Source of the DNA: an uncultured virus (IMG/VR IMGVR_UViG_3300020204_003072) | Taxonomy: Duplodnaviria > Heunggongvirae > Uroviricota > Caudoviricetes | Reading direction: 5' to 3' (one strand) | Virus record (IMG/VR): IMGVR_UViG_3300020204_003072 | Coordinates: 62,001-126,000 of that record | Length of the DNA: 64,000 bases | Part shown: piece by piece, positions 1 through 9,448 of the stretch | Layout: each line of letters starts with the position of its first letter | Numbering within the stretch: the stretch's first letter is position 1 | Translations under genes and position numbers: made by a program | The notes under the pieces: generated by a model | What the model saw: the letters and a program-made list of their open reading frames with translations, nothing else | Told to the model about the DNA's origin: nothing | Databases searched by the model: none

Positions 1-1
1 A

Positions 2-295
2 CCTGTAAATAAATTAGTAAATGTTGCAAATAAAACTGTTGATAAATTTATTAATTCGTTAAACGAAGAAAGTAAAAAAATTTTAAATAAAATTTTATCT
101 GAAGATGAAAATAAATTGAAACTTAAATATGAACTTCTAAAAGAAGATGTTATTGATAAGTTAGAAACTATGAAAACTTCTGAAACAGATTCAGAAGTTG
201 TTAAGACAATTTATGAAACTATAAACAAGGTCGAAAAAGAAAATTTTGATAGAATTTCCTTTTTTAAATTACAAGAATTAAATAGAAGTCTTTAA
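2..295 (+). CDS. Hypothetical protein, 5'-truncated by the window edge
   Basis: Open frame PVNKLVNVANK...LQELNRSL* read manually; its TAA overlaps the bS21 stop (convergent TTAA). Confidence 0.8.
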   Translation, partial: PVNKLVNVANKTVDKFINSLNEESKKILNKILSEDENKLKLKYELLKEDVIDKLETMKTSETDSEVVKTIYETINKVEKENFDRISFFKLQELNRSL

Positions 296-477
296 TTCTG
301 GTTCATAAATTTTTGTCGGTGAATTGCTTTTTGTAGAACTTGTCTTCTTTCTACTGATTTTTTTGTAAATTCTTTTCTATAATTAAGATTGGAATTTTGT
401 CTGGTTTTTATAACCTTACCTTTTAATTCTTTAAGTGCTTTTTCGATGTCGTTTTTTTTTACTTGTATTATTAACAT
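292..477 (-). CDS. rpsU: Phage-encoded ribosomal protein bS21
   Basis: 61 aa basic protein; MLIIQVK..IEKALK..K.K..K......RKEFTKKSVERR matches the bS21 pattern; lies antisense beside the head genes, as in described bS21 phages. Confidence 0.9.
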   Translation of the reverse strand: MLIIQVKKNDIEKALKELKGKVIKTRQNSNLNYRKEFTKKSVERRQVLQKAIHRQKFMNQN

Positions 478-507
478 ATATGATTTTATTTTATTTGATA
501 TATATTA

Positions 508-515
508 CAAAATTA
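508..515 (-). promoter_or_regulatory. Bacteroidota-type -7 promoter element (TAATTTTG) upstream of bS21
   Basis: Matches TAnnTTTG about 30 nt upstream of the ATG; no clear -33 element. Confidence 0.4.
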
Positions 516-559
516 TGTAAATTTAAATAAAATAAACATCGAGACTATGAAAAATTTTT

Positions 560-1027
560 ATGAAAAAGGGAAAAACCTCAAAAATTAATGGATTTCGTAC
601 ATCCAAAGTAACTTATGGAACTGTAGATTCCAAAAATTTTAAATCACTTTATTTAAACATCCAAACTTGGGTGGAGCCAAAAAAAGAATCCGAAAACTGG
701 AATAGGGTTGTTCTCAATATGAATAGAAGTGTTAAACATTCCGTTCATAATCACATAAGTAAAGAAATTTTTGATGTAAAATTTATTGTAGATTTAGACC
801 TTAGAACAAGTGGTTTACAGATAAAGAAAAAATCTTTTATGAATTTAGAAATAACTTTATTTTTAAATCAAGAAATAGACTTTAAATCAACGAAATTAAA
901 AAAATATCTTAAAAATCTAACAAAAGAAATTTATTCAGATGTATTTCTTGGCAATGAGTATTTCAAATTTTATTTCACAAAAAATGGAAATACTAAACCT
1001 TTAAAAGTAAAAACCGAAAAAGTTTAA
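560..1027 (+). CDS. Hypothetical phage protein
   Basis: 155 aa ORF between bS21 and the prohead protease. Confidence 0.8.
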   Translation: MKKGKTSKINGFRTSKVTYGTVDSKNFKSLYLNIQTWVEPKKESENWNRVVLNMNRSVKHSVHNHISKEIFDVKFIVDLDLRTSGLQIKKKSFMNLEITLFLNQEIDFKSTKLKKYLKNLTKEIYSDVFLGNEYFKFYFTKNGNTKPLKVKTEKV

Positions 1028-1048
1028 TATTTATAATAAAATTTAAAT

Positions 1049-1765
1049 ATGAAAATTTTAGGACCAAACGAAACTGGAAAAGGAATCCTTATCGAATATG
1101 ACGCTGGGTATATAAACCCAAGAAGTCAAAATAATCATTACATAATGGAATCCCAAAATTTTTTGGACCATTCAAAACCATTTGAATTTTACGCTGTTCT
1201 ACAAAAGTACGATACCCCGAATAGAAACGGTAGAGTGTATCCAGAAAAGATATTAAAAAGGGAAGTAGAAAATTATAAAAAAATAATTGAAAAGGGAACT
1301 TCACTTTCTGAACTTAATCACCCAGAATCTTCATTAATTGATCTTGATAGGGTATCACACATTATTACTGATGTGTGGTGGGATGGTCCGATATTACTTG
1401 GTAAATTGAAACTATTAACATCACCTGGTTTTCACGAAAGAGGAGTTTGTTCAACAAAGGGAGACTTAGCTGCAAACTATTTAAGACAGGGAGTCACACT
1501 TGGTATTTCTTCTCGTGGTGTTGGTTCGTTAAAAAAGGTTGGTGAACAAAACGAAGTACAAGATGATTTTGAATTAATTTGTTTTGACCTTGTATCTTCA
1601 CCGTCAACACCAGGTGCTTATCTTTTCTTAGATAAAAATGATAGAATAAAATTTGATGAAAACTTGGAAGAAGAAAAAAGAATGAACGTGGAAAGAAATG
1701 TTGGTGAAAGTGGTAACAAATCTCTTGACTTAATGAAAAGATTATCCGATTATTTGGGTAAATAA
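1049..1765 (+). CDS. Prohead core protease (T4 gp21-like)
   Basis: NRNGRVYP, ELNHP, VSHII, GISSRGVGS and DLVSSPSTPGA motifs. Confidence 0.95.
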   Translation: MKILGPNETGKGILIEYDAGYINPRSQNNHYIMESQNFLDHSKPFEFYAVLQKYDTPNRNGRVYPEKILKREVENYKKIIEKGTSLSELNHPESSLIDLDRVSHIITDVWWDGPILLGKLKLLTSPGFHERGVCSTKGDLAANYLRQGVTLGISSRGVGSLKKVGEQNEVQDDFELICFDLVSSPSTPGAYLFLDKNDRIKFDENLEEEKRMNVERNVGESGNKSLDLMKRLSDYLGK

Positions 1766-1773
1766 AAAAAATT

Positions 1774-1989
1774 ATGGAACAAGGAGAAAAATATTTTGTA
1801 GCAAAGATTACATCAGATTTGTTAGATTCGGAATCTGGAAGAGTAAAAAAACAAAAAGAAGAAAAATTAGTTTTGGGTTACACGCCGACGGATGTTGAAG
1901 CTAAAGTAACTAAAATCTATGAAAATTACACAATGGATTGGAGAATTACGTCAATCACAGAAAGTAAAATTGATGAAGTTATAGAATAA
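1774..1989 (+). CDS. Small protein, DUF4494-like
   Basis: FVAKI...GRVKKQKEEKLV...TDVEAKV...ITSITESKIDEV resembles DUF4494 from memory. Confidence 0.55.
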   Translation: MEQGEKYFVAKITSDLLDSESGRVKKQKEEKLVLGYTPTDVEAKVTKIYENYTMDWRITSITESKIDEVIE

Positions 1990-2010
1990 AACCCAAAATA
2001 ATAAAGATTA

Positions 2011-2044
2011 AAAAAGGGAATGACAATAGTTGTTCCCTTTTTTT
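2011..2044 (+). terminator. Intrinsic terminator
   Basis: AAAAAGGGAA...TTCCCTTTTTTT hairpin followed by a U-tract. Confidence 0.75.
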
Positions 2045-2106
2045 ATTGTCAAAAATCAAACTTTTTCAAAAATCAATGTATTTATTTGAATAAAGTCAAA
2101 AAAAAA

Positions 2107-3744
2107 ATGGCAAAAAATCAAAGAGAAATCGAAGACGCGTTATTCCAGATTAAGAATTTGGAAGAGTCTTTACAAAGAAATGCACAAGGAATACTTTCTT
2201 CAACAATGAAGGATGAAATCAAATCATTAGTAAAAGAATCTCTGACAGAACAAGATGAGGTTGAGGATGACGAAGTTGACGTGGACGTTGAGGACACAGA
2301 TACTGATAATGAAGAAGAAGAAACTGATGACGAAGTATATGCTACAGATGATGTAGATGATGAAGAAATGATGGGTCAACCAGTTATGCCTTCTGATGAT
2401 GACACAGTAGATATGACCGGAGCTTCTGATGCTGAAGTTTTAAGAGTATTTAGAGCAATGGGTGATAACGATGGTGTTATTGTAAAAAGAGACGATAATA
2501 TGATACATTTATCAGATAACGAAAACGATACAGAATATATTATCCAACTTTCTGAATCGATGATGGATGATAGTGAATTGAAAGAATTTGGAAAATCTGA
2601 ATTTGATATGTATTCACATCATTCTGATGGTGAAGATGAAGATGAAGATGAATTTGAAGATGACGATGATTTCAGCTTTATGTCATATGATGAAGAAGAT
2701 GATGACGACTATATGCCTATGAACAAATTGGATATGGGTATTAGAAAAAAAGGAATGCTTAATCAAGATCCTATGGGTGGAAGATTTAAATCTAATGATT
2801 TTGATTTCGAAGAAGAAGATGATTTTGATTTCGAAGAAGAAGATGATTTTGATTATTCAGAATTTGGGGAAGATAAAGAAACAATCACTATGGATAATGG
2901 TCAAGAATCTTCTAGAGAACGAACTGAAAACATCTATGAATTAGAATTGGATGATGATATGATGGATTTTGAAGATTCTGAAACCCCAATTGAATTTATG
3001 GAAGACGATTTTGAAGATATTCGTAACCATAGAATGATGGAGTCAAAAGGATTCAAAGCAAAAGGTGTTGGAATGGGTAATGCTTCTAAGTATAAAATGA
3101 GTAAAAAACCAAATATGGATGGTGGCTTTAAAACTGTTAAGAAAAATGCCAACAAAACTATGGGTACTGGTAAAGCAAAATTTGAATACAAAGAAGGTGA
3201 AAACTTAAATGGTGAATTCAAGGTAAAACCAACTTCTAGAAAATCAGAATTTAAAGAAGCTTCAAGAACTTTAGGTAATGGTAAGTCTTGGGGTGAAGGT
3301 GGTGTAAATAAAAGAAGAACAGCACCAGCTAACCTAAGAAAAGAAAGTACAGAAGAACTTGAATTGTTAAGAACTAAGAATGACGAATACAGAAAAGCAC
3401 TTGATTTATTTAGAACTAAATTAAATGAAGTTGCGGTATTTAATTCTAACCTTGCATACGCTACAAGACTATTTACTGAGCATTCAACAACTAAACAAGA
3501 AAAGATAAATATTCTTAGAAGATTTGACAATGTTGAAACTTTAAAAGAATCTAAAAATCTTTACAGAACATTAAAGTCTGAATTAGGAAATGTAAAAACA
3601 AGTGAAAATACGATTACAGAATCGGTACAGAGAAGAGTTGAAATTACTCCATCTACTGGATCTGCAGTAAATTTGATTGAATCAAAAACGTATGAAAATC
3701 CACAATTTTTACGAATGAAAGACTTAATGACGAAAATAAAATAA
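2107..3744 (+). CDS. Prohead core scaffold protein (T4 gp22-like), highly acidic
   Basis: Lies between protease and capsid; D/E-rich; many I/L-x-E motifs; coiled-coil C-terminus. Start moved to ATG 2107 because the track's 2020 start lies inside the terminator. Confidence 0.8.
   Translation: MAKNQREIEDALFQIKNLEESLQRNAQGILSSTMKDEIKSLVKESLTEQDEVEDDEVDVDVEDTDTDNEEEETDDEVYATDDVDDEEMMGQPVMPSDDDTVDMTGASDAEVLRVFRAMGDNDGVIVKRDDNMIHLSDNENDTEYIIQLSESMMDDSELKEFGKSEFDMYSHHSDGEDEDEDEFEDDDDFSFMSYDEEDDDDYMPMNKLDMGIRKKGMLNQDPMGGRFKSNDFDFEEEDDFDFEEEDDFDYSEFGEDKETITMDNGQESSRERTENIYELELDDDMMDFEDSETPIEFMEDDFEDIRNHRMMESKGFKAKGVGMGNASKYKMSKKPNMDGGFKTVKKNANKTMGTGKAKFEYKEGENLNGEFKVKPTSRKSEFKEASRTLGNGKSWGEGGVNKRRTAPANLRKESTEELELLRTKNDEYRKALDLFRTKLNEVAVFNSNLAYATRLFTEHSTTKQEKINILRRFDNVETLKESKNLYRTLKSELGNVKTSENTITESVQRRVEITPSTGSAVNLIESKTYENPQFLRMKDLMTKIK
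2797..2854 (+). repeat. 24-nt coding tandem repeat (DFDFEEED x2.4)
   Basis: gattttgatttcgaagaagaagat repeated exactly. Confidence 0.85.
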
Positions 3745-3813
3745 ACATTTTAAAAAAACAGTATATTTATAATATACATAAATAAAAAAATAAAACAAAA
3801 AAAACAAATAAAA

Positions 3814-5655
3814 ATGGGAGCATTATTAGAATCAGGTCTTGTTGGTAACATAGGTCTAAAACACCTAAAAGTTATCAAAGAAGATACAATTAACAAATGG
3901 GATAGATTAGGATTCCTAGAAGGTCTTAGAGGACATTTAAAAGAGAACGTTGCGCAGTTGTATGAAAACCAAGCGTCTCACCTAATTAACGAAGCAACTT
4001 CTGAAGGTTCAAACGGAGCTTTCGAAACTGTTGTTTTTCCTATCGTTAGAAGAGTTTTTTCTAAATTATTAGCTAACGATATCGTATCTGTACAAGCTAT
4101 GAACTTACCAATTGGTAAATTGTTCTACTTTGTACCTAAAATCCAAGGATATTCTACTGATGTTGCAGCAGGTGACGCAGCTCATTATCCACCAGTTGGT
4201 TCTCCAGAAGCTGTTAATTTAACACAAAATAGTCCAGGACAAGGTTATGATACTGGGTATCCTTATGCAAAAAATCTTTATGATTTATTCTATGAAGGTG
4301 CAGAACCAGGATTAGATCCTGCCGGTTTATTTGACTACTCAAAAGGTCGTTGGTCAGCAATTACAGCTCCAGCCACAGTTGTTGTTTGGTCAAATGGTAA
4401 TTTAGCTGATGCAATAGGAACAACAGTTAATGCTTATACTGGTAACACAAGAAAAGTTCTTATCAAACTTTGTGGATGGACTAACGTACTAGGTGCTGGT
4501 AAATTAATTGGTCCTGATGGTAATGAAATCGATTCTGAAACTTTCCTTTCTGATTTGAAAATCTTACCTAATACAGGTCTTGCGTTTGCGGCTTCTAACG
4601 TATGTCCATTACCTACTGCATCTACACCACTTTTATTTAGAGTTGTTACTCAAAAATATGGTAAAGGAATCGTTCAATACGGTAGTCAACAAGGAACAAC
4701 TTTCCCAACAACTGGAAATGGTGGATCTTTCTACGATATCTGTGATGCGGATGGTTGTATCTTCTTAGAAGTTGACCTTTCTTGCCCTGCTTGTGCATCT
4801 TGTGGTTCTGATTCACTTGACGGATACACAGGTTCTTCTATTTCTGCAATTACTTCTGGAACATCATTTACTGCTGTATGGAGAAGATATGAAGAATTAG
4901 AATTCGAAGAAAAAATCGGAGAAGTTTCTTTTGATTTGGAATCTGTAACAGTTTCTGTAACTGAAAGAAAATTAAGAGCACAATGGTCTCCAGAGCTTGC
5001 TCAAGACGTTGCTGCGTTCCACAACATCGATGCTGAAGCTGAACTTACAGCATTACTTTCTGAGCAAGTTGCTGCTGAAATCGATAGAGAAATCATGAGA
5101 GATTTGAGAAAAGGTGCTGCTTGGAACTTAAGATGGGATTACAACGGATGGAGAAGATTGTCTTTAACAACTTCTTATACTCAAAAAGATTGGAACCAAA
5201 CTTTGATTACTGCAATCAACCAATTGTCTGCACAAATTCACAAATCAACTTTGAGAGGTGGTGCTAACTGGATTGTTGTATCTTCTGAAGTTTCTGCAAT
5301 CTTTGATGACTTAGAATACTTCCACGTATCTAACGCGTCTCCTGAGCAAGACCAATACAACATGGGTATTGAAAGAGTTGGTACTTTAGCTGGTCGTTAC
5401 CAAGTGTATAGAGACCCTTACTTCCCACCAAACACAATCTTGTTGGGTCATAAAGGTACTTCTTTATTAGACACTGGATACATCTACGCTCCGTATGTAC
5501 CTCTTCAATTAACACCTACAATGTATAACCCATTCAACTTTACGCCTATCAAAGGTATTATGACCAGATATGCGAAAAAAATGGTAAATAACCGCTTCTA
5601 TGCCCGTGTTACCGTTGATGGAGTTCGTACATTTGATTTAAGAGAATTGAGATAA
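3814..5655 (+). CDS. Major capsid protein (T4 gp23-like) with a large insertion domain
   Basis: IVSVQAMNLPIG, RKLRAQWSPELAQD, AEIDREI, YAPYVPL and GIMTRY motifs. Confidence 0.97.
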   Translation: MGALLESGLVGNIGLKHLKVIKEDTINKWDRLGFLEGLRGHLKENVAQLYENQASHLINEATSEGSNGAFETVVFPIVRRVFSKLLANDIVSVQAMNLPIGKLFYFVPKIQGYSTDVAAGDAAHYPPVGSPEAVNLTQNSPGQGYDTGYPYAKNLYDLFYEGAEPGLDPAGLFDYSKGRWSAITAPATVVVWSNGNLADAIGTTVNAYTGNTRKVLIKLCGWTNVLGAGKLIGPDGNEIDSETFLSDLKILPNTGLAFAASNVCPLPTASTPLLFRVVTQKYGKGIVQYGSQQGTTFPTTGNGGSFYDICDADGCIFLEVDLSCPACASCGSDSLDGYTGSSISAITSGTSFTAVWRRYEELEFEEKIGEVSFDLESVTVSVTERKLRAQWSPELAQDVAAFHNIDAEAELTALLSEQVAAEIDREIMRDLRKGAAWNLRWDYNGWRRLSLTTSYTQKDWNQTLITAINQLSAQIHKSTLRGGANWIVVSSEVSAIFDDLEYFHVSNASPEQDQYNMGIERVGTLAGRYQVYRDPYFPPNTILLGHKGTSLLDTGYIYAPYVPLQLTPTMYNPFNFTPIKGIMTRYAKKMVNNRFYARVTVDGVRTFDLRELR

Positions 5656-5676
5656 TCAAAATCTTAACTAAATAAG

Positions 5677-5707
5677 AAAAAGGAGACAATAAATTGTCTC
5701 CTTTTTT
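5677..5707 (+). terminator. Intrinsic terminator after gp23
   Basis: AAAAAGGAGACAAT-AA-ATTGTCTCCTTTTTT. Confidence 0.85.
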
Positions 5708-5761
5708 ATTTTTATTATGGGAACTATAGATTTTTAGATAGAATAGTTCATATTTATTAAT

Positions 5762-6439
5762 ATGAAGAAATATGTACCAACACAAGAAATTATTGATGTA
5801 ATACTTAAAATGTATAATGATGAATTATTAGGTTCTAAATCAATTTCAAAAGAATTAAATATAAACCAACAAATCATTTTAAGAATTTTGAAAGAAAGTG
5901 GTATTCAAGTTGGTCCTTCTGGAAGAAGATTTATAGGTGGTAAAAAAATTGCAGATAAAAAATATAGACAAAAAAATAAAGAAAAATTAGATTTAAATTC
6001 TAAAAATTGGTATGAACAAAACAAAGAACATAGAAAACAATATTTAAAAGAATACCGCGAAAAAAACATAGACAAAATTCGTGAAAATAAAAGAAACTAC
6101 GAAAGAACCCGTAAAGCAAATGACCCAATTTATAAATTAATTAATAATTTTAGAACGGCAATCTATCAAGTATTAAAAGAAAACCAAGTTCAAAAAAACG
6201 GACATTATTTTGATATATTAAAATATTCACCAGAAAACTTAATAGAACATTTAGAAAGTAAATTCAAAGATAATATGACTTGGGACAATTATGGTGAGTG
6301 GCACGTAGACCATATAAAACCAATATCATCTTTTAAAATTACAGAAATTGGTGATAACGAATTTATGTCTTGTTGGTCATTAGACAACCTACAACCATTG
6401 TGGGGTGATGAAAATATCCGAAAATCAAATAAATTATAA
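5762..6439 (+). mobile_element. Free-standing HNH homing endonuclease gene
   Basis: N-terminal HTH-like region, basic helical repeats, C-terminal WHVDHIKP...NLQPLW..EN..KSNK HNH domain; has its own TATTTAT motif at 5751. Confidence 0.8.
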
Positions 6440-6453
6440 TCTAATTAAGGAAG

Positions 6454-6924
6454 ATGAATAGATGGGATATGTTTGAAAGGTTGTTCACATCGTTTTTGGC
6501 GTTAGCACAACCCTTCATTGTTTATTTCCTATACGGTGACAATCACGCAATATCAAGAGTTTGGGACACACCACTACAACCTTTATTTATTATCACAAAT
6601 GCTCTTGTTAGTTTTTTCTTTTTTAAAATACCTAAATGGAGAATCCCAGCGTTACTTCTTTTATTATTAACATCGTTTCCGGTTACAGATTATTTTGTAT
6701 TACATAATATTTTTGCAATACTATTTTTTATATTTTCTGGTGTGTCACTCTGGAGTATAAAAAAATTCAGATACTACCTTGGGATATTTTTAATTTCGGC
6801 TTTGTTTTTGTTTCATGGATTGTTCTGGGCTGAAACTTGGGGAATAATTACTTTGGTTGCGTATCACACACACGTTTTACTATATTCACTTAGCCTTACT
6901 AGAAATCGTTCTAATAGCCTTTGA
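6454..6924 (+). CDS. Multi-pass membrane protein
   Basis: Five to six hydrophobic segments. Confidence 0.75.
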   Translation: MNRWDMFERLFTSFLALAQPFIVYFLYGDNHAISRVWDTPLQPLFIITNALVSFFFFKIPKWRIPALLLLLLTSFPVTDYFVLHNIFAILFFIFSGVSLWSIKKFRYYLGIFLISALFLFHGLFWAETWGIITLVAYHTHVLLYSLSLTRNRSNSL

Positions 6925-7104
6925 AATTACTTCAACTTCACCTATACTAAAAGCACCTCTTTTATGTGCTGCTTTTACTGATTCAATTAAATAATAAATT
7001 GAATGTTCTCTATCCATAGTTGTAAGAATTACATCGAGATGATCTTCACTTAAAAGGTTAATAGAACCAAATAAATTACCGAATAGTTTATTTTCATTTT
7101 CCAT
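6886..7104 (-). CDS. Hypothetical protein
   Basis: 72 aa ORF with phage-like codon usage and an upstream TATTTATA. Confidence 0.75.
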   Translation of the reverse strand: MENENKLFGNLFGSINLLSEDHLDVILTTMDREHSIYYLIESVKAAHKRGAFSIGEVEVISKAIRTISSKAK

Positions 7105-7112
7105 AAATTATG

Positions 7113-7128
7113 ATATTTATATAAATAT
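7113..7128. promoter_or_regulatory. Palindromic back-to-back late-promoter motif ATATTTATATAAATAT
   Basis: TATTTATA on both strands between divergent genes starting at 7104(-) and 7129(+). Confidence 0.55.
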
Positions 7129-8241
7129 ATGAAAATAGAAGAGATAATAAAGAATGTACTTAAAGAAGCGACTGGTGACTCAACCGGTAGTAGGGGGTCT
7201 TTTGCACCACCATTACAACCTGGAATACGTGATTTTGATAAATCAAAATTAGCACCTTTTACAGATTCTTTAACAAACTATAAAAGTCCTTTAGTTGCAT
7301 ACGATAGTTATGACCACGATTGGGATTTAACTAAAAATCAAAGGCAAAGTTTAGAAAAAACAGCAAGAAAGATATCAAATTTTATAAAAAGGCATCCAGA
7401 AGCAACTAATAGTGATGAAGATGGTAATGTTTTGAACAGAACTCCAAGTGGTAAAGAAAATTCAAAAAAATTAGAAATAGTCCCAGTAAAACATAAAAAA
7501 AATAAATCAAAAATTAACGAAATAACAACAACAACAACTGCTGGTGAATATTCTGGTCCACAAGAACTTGGTTTAAGAAAATGGAAAAAATCAGAACTAG
7601 GTGCTTTTGATATTGAAAGCGATAATCCACCAAATAATGTCTTCAAAAAAAGAACAACAAAAAAAAATGTACATAAAGTAGTTGGTGGTTGGGAACCACA
7701 ACACGGTAACTTTGAGGTTCCAACATATGATGTTGATGGTGAACACGAATCACAATTATCAAAAGGACAACTAACAAATGACCCTATTGAATGGTATAGA
7801 CCTTTAAAAAGAAAACCAGTAACAAAAAAAGATATTATTAAAAAACAAAAAATGAATGAAGATCTTGCTGTATGGTTTGGTAAAAAGAAAAAACCAAAAG
7901 GTTCTTCAGAACCAAAAGGACCTTGGGTTGATATATGTAGAAAAGTAGATGGTAAACATCCACCTTGTGGTAGATCAGACGCTAGCACCGGTTCTTATCC
8001 TAAATGTAGAGCGGCAGGTGTGGCAGGAAAAATGTCAGATTCACAAAAAAGAAATGCTTGTCAACAAAAAAGAAGAGCCGAAAAAAATGACACACAATCT
8101 GGAAAAGGTCAAAAACCAGTAATGGTATCACATACGAAAAAAACGAATGAAAATATAAAAAGAAGAATTATCACATTAACAGAAAATGATTTAACAAGAA
8201 TTGTTAAACGTGTTTTAAATGAAGATACAAATAAAATTTAA
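7129..8241 (+). CDS. Modular putative internal head protein with a Cys-containing basic domain; frame stays open to 8652 past one TAA
   Basis: N-terminal IIKNVLKE, internal INE/MNE linkers, EDLAVWF..WVDIC..CGR..YPKC domain, C-terminal LTENDLTRIVKRVLNE motif. Confidence 0.75.
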   Translation: MKIEEIIKNVLKEATGDSTGSRGSFAPPLQPGIRDFDKSKLAPFTDSLTNYKSPLVAYDSYDHDWDLTKNQRQSLEKTARKISNFIKRHPEATNSDEDGNVLNRTPSGKENSKKLEIVPVKHKKNKSKINEITTTTTAGEYSGPQELGLRKWKKSELGAFDIESDNPPNNVFKKRTTKKNVHKVVGGWEPQHGNFEVPTYDVDGEHESQLSKGQLTNDPIEWYRPLKRKPVTKKDIIKKQKMNEDLAVWFGKKKKPKGSSEPKGPWVDICRKVDGKHPPCGRSDASTGSYPKCRAAGVAGKMSDSQKRNACQQKRRAEKNDTQSGKGQKPVMVSHTKKTNENIKRRIITLTENDLTRIVKRVLNEDTNKI

Positions 8242-8652
8242 GGTATTGGTAGGTTAGATTTAAAATGTGTCAACTATTTAAATGGTAATAAAAAAGAATA
8301 TTTAGATTATACTTTTTTTAGTGAAACAGAACCAGGACAATTTTCTATAAAAAAAATAAAAACTAGTGCAATACCAAATGATGGGATTCAAGAACGAACT
8401 AATGAATTATTATTTTTAACAATATCACAACCAAACCAAGAAATAATGGACTTTATTAAAAGTAGGCTTCCTAATTTTTATTGGAATGAGGCGTTAAAAT
8501 ATATTATTTATTTGTCAACAACAGCAACACCGTCATATTTTTGTAAAGTAATGCAAAACGGTGTTGACGCAGGCGGTCAAACTTCAGAAAAATGGATTAC
8601 TTTTTTTGAAAATAGCTCGGTTGCTTATAACTTACCGAATTCAATTTTCTAA
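8242..8652 (+). pseudogene. In-frame continuation of the previous ORF (136 codons): readthrough extension or nonsense-separated domain
   Basis: No stop between 8242 and 8649 in the same frame as 7129; first ATG only at 8446. Confidence 0.5.
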
Positions 8653-8939
8653 TCTTTTTTTTCTGGAACACCACTATCAACTAGTAGATATTTTTTTATA
8701 AAAACTAAAAGTTCTTCATCTGACATTTTGTTCATTGCAAGAGCTAAACTCTTTTCACCATCGTGAGAGTCACTAAAGTCAACACCATTAATATAGAATT
8801 TTTCTTTATTAACACTTACCGTTTCAATATTTGACCTTTCAATCGGTTTTGGCTTTGGCATTACAGTTGGGTAACCTTCTTTTTGACCAAAAGAATTAAA
8901 AGAAAATAATAAAGTTAAAACTAAAACTAACTTTTTCAT
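8649..8939 (-). CDS. Secreted protein with signal peptide
   Basis: MKKLVLVLTLLFSFNSFG|Q: Sec signal followed by Gln, typical of Bacteroidota. Confidence 0.75.
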   Translation of the reverse strand: MKKLVLVLTLLFSFNSFGQKEGYPTVMPKPKPIERSNIETVSVNKEKFYINGVDFSDSHDGEKSLALAMNKMSDEELLVFIKKYLLVDSGVPEKKD

Positions 8940-8949
8940 ATTATATAAA

Positions 8950-9381
8950 TTATTGGTTATTACTATTTGAAATTCTTTCTAATACATTATGTAACGAATT
9001 TTTAATCTGAGAGTTGATTGTTTCTTCGTATTTTAATCTTCTTTTTTCTGTTTCCATATCAAAAATATATGTGACTCTTTCCCAATCTCTACCGGTAAGT
9101 TTAACACTATAATGATATATGTGATTTGTTAAATCGATTCTACCATAATCCATAGTAATAAAAAGGTCGATTTCTTTATTTTCAATATACCTTTTATTTG
9201 ACATTGGTGCAATCATAAATTTGGTTGATGGGTGTTTTATCACTTGAAGGCAAATTTGGAAACAAGTTTTCTCATAAGATGAAACTTCTTCTTCATATGT
9301 TTTAAACATTTTACCTTTTTTACTTAATAAGTAAAATCTTAATTTTAACCTCCTAAAAAATCTGACTATTCTTTTTATCAT
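8950..9381 (-). CDS. Hypothetical protein
   Basis: 143 aa ORF downstream of a host-type promoter. Confidence 0.8.
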   Translation of the reverse strand: MIKRIVRFFRRLKLRFYLLSKKGKMFKTYEEEVSSYEKTCFQICLQVIKHPSTKFMIAPMSNKRYIENKEIDLFITMDYGRIDLTNHIYHYSVKLTGRDWERVTYIFDMETEKRRLKYEETINSQIKNSLHNVLERISNSNNQ

Positions 9382-9399
9382 ATCTTTAACTTAACTCCA

Positions 9400-9432
9400 C
9401 AAAGATATAAAAAAAATAATTATACTTCCAAA
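9400..9432 (-). promoter_or_regulatory. Bacteroidota primary-sigma promoter (early)
   Basis: TTTG-N21-TATCTTTG on the minus strand, 18 nt upstream of the 9381 ATG. Confidence 0.65.
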
Positions 9433-9448
9433 TTATTTTAAGTTATTT

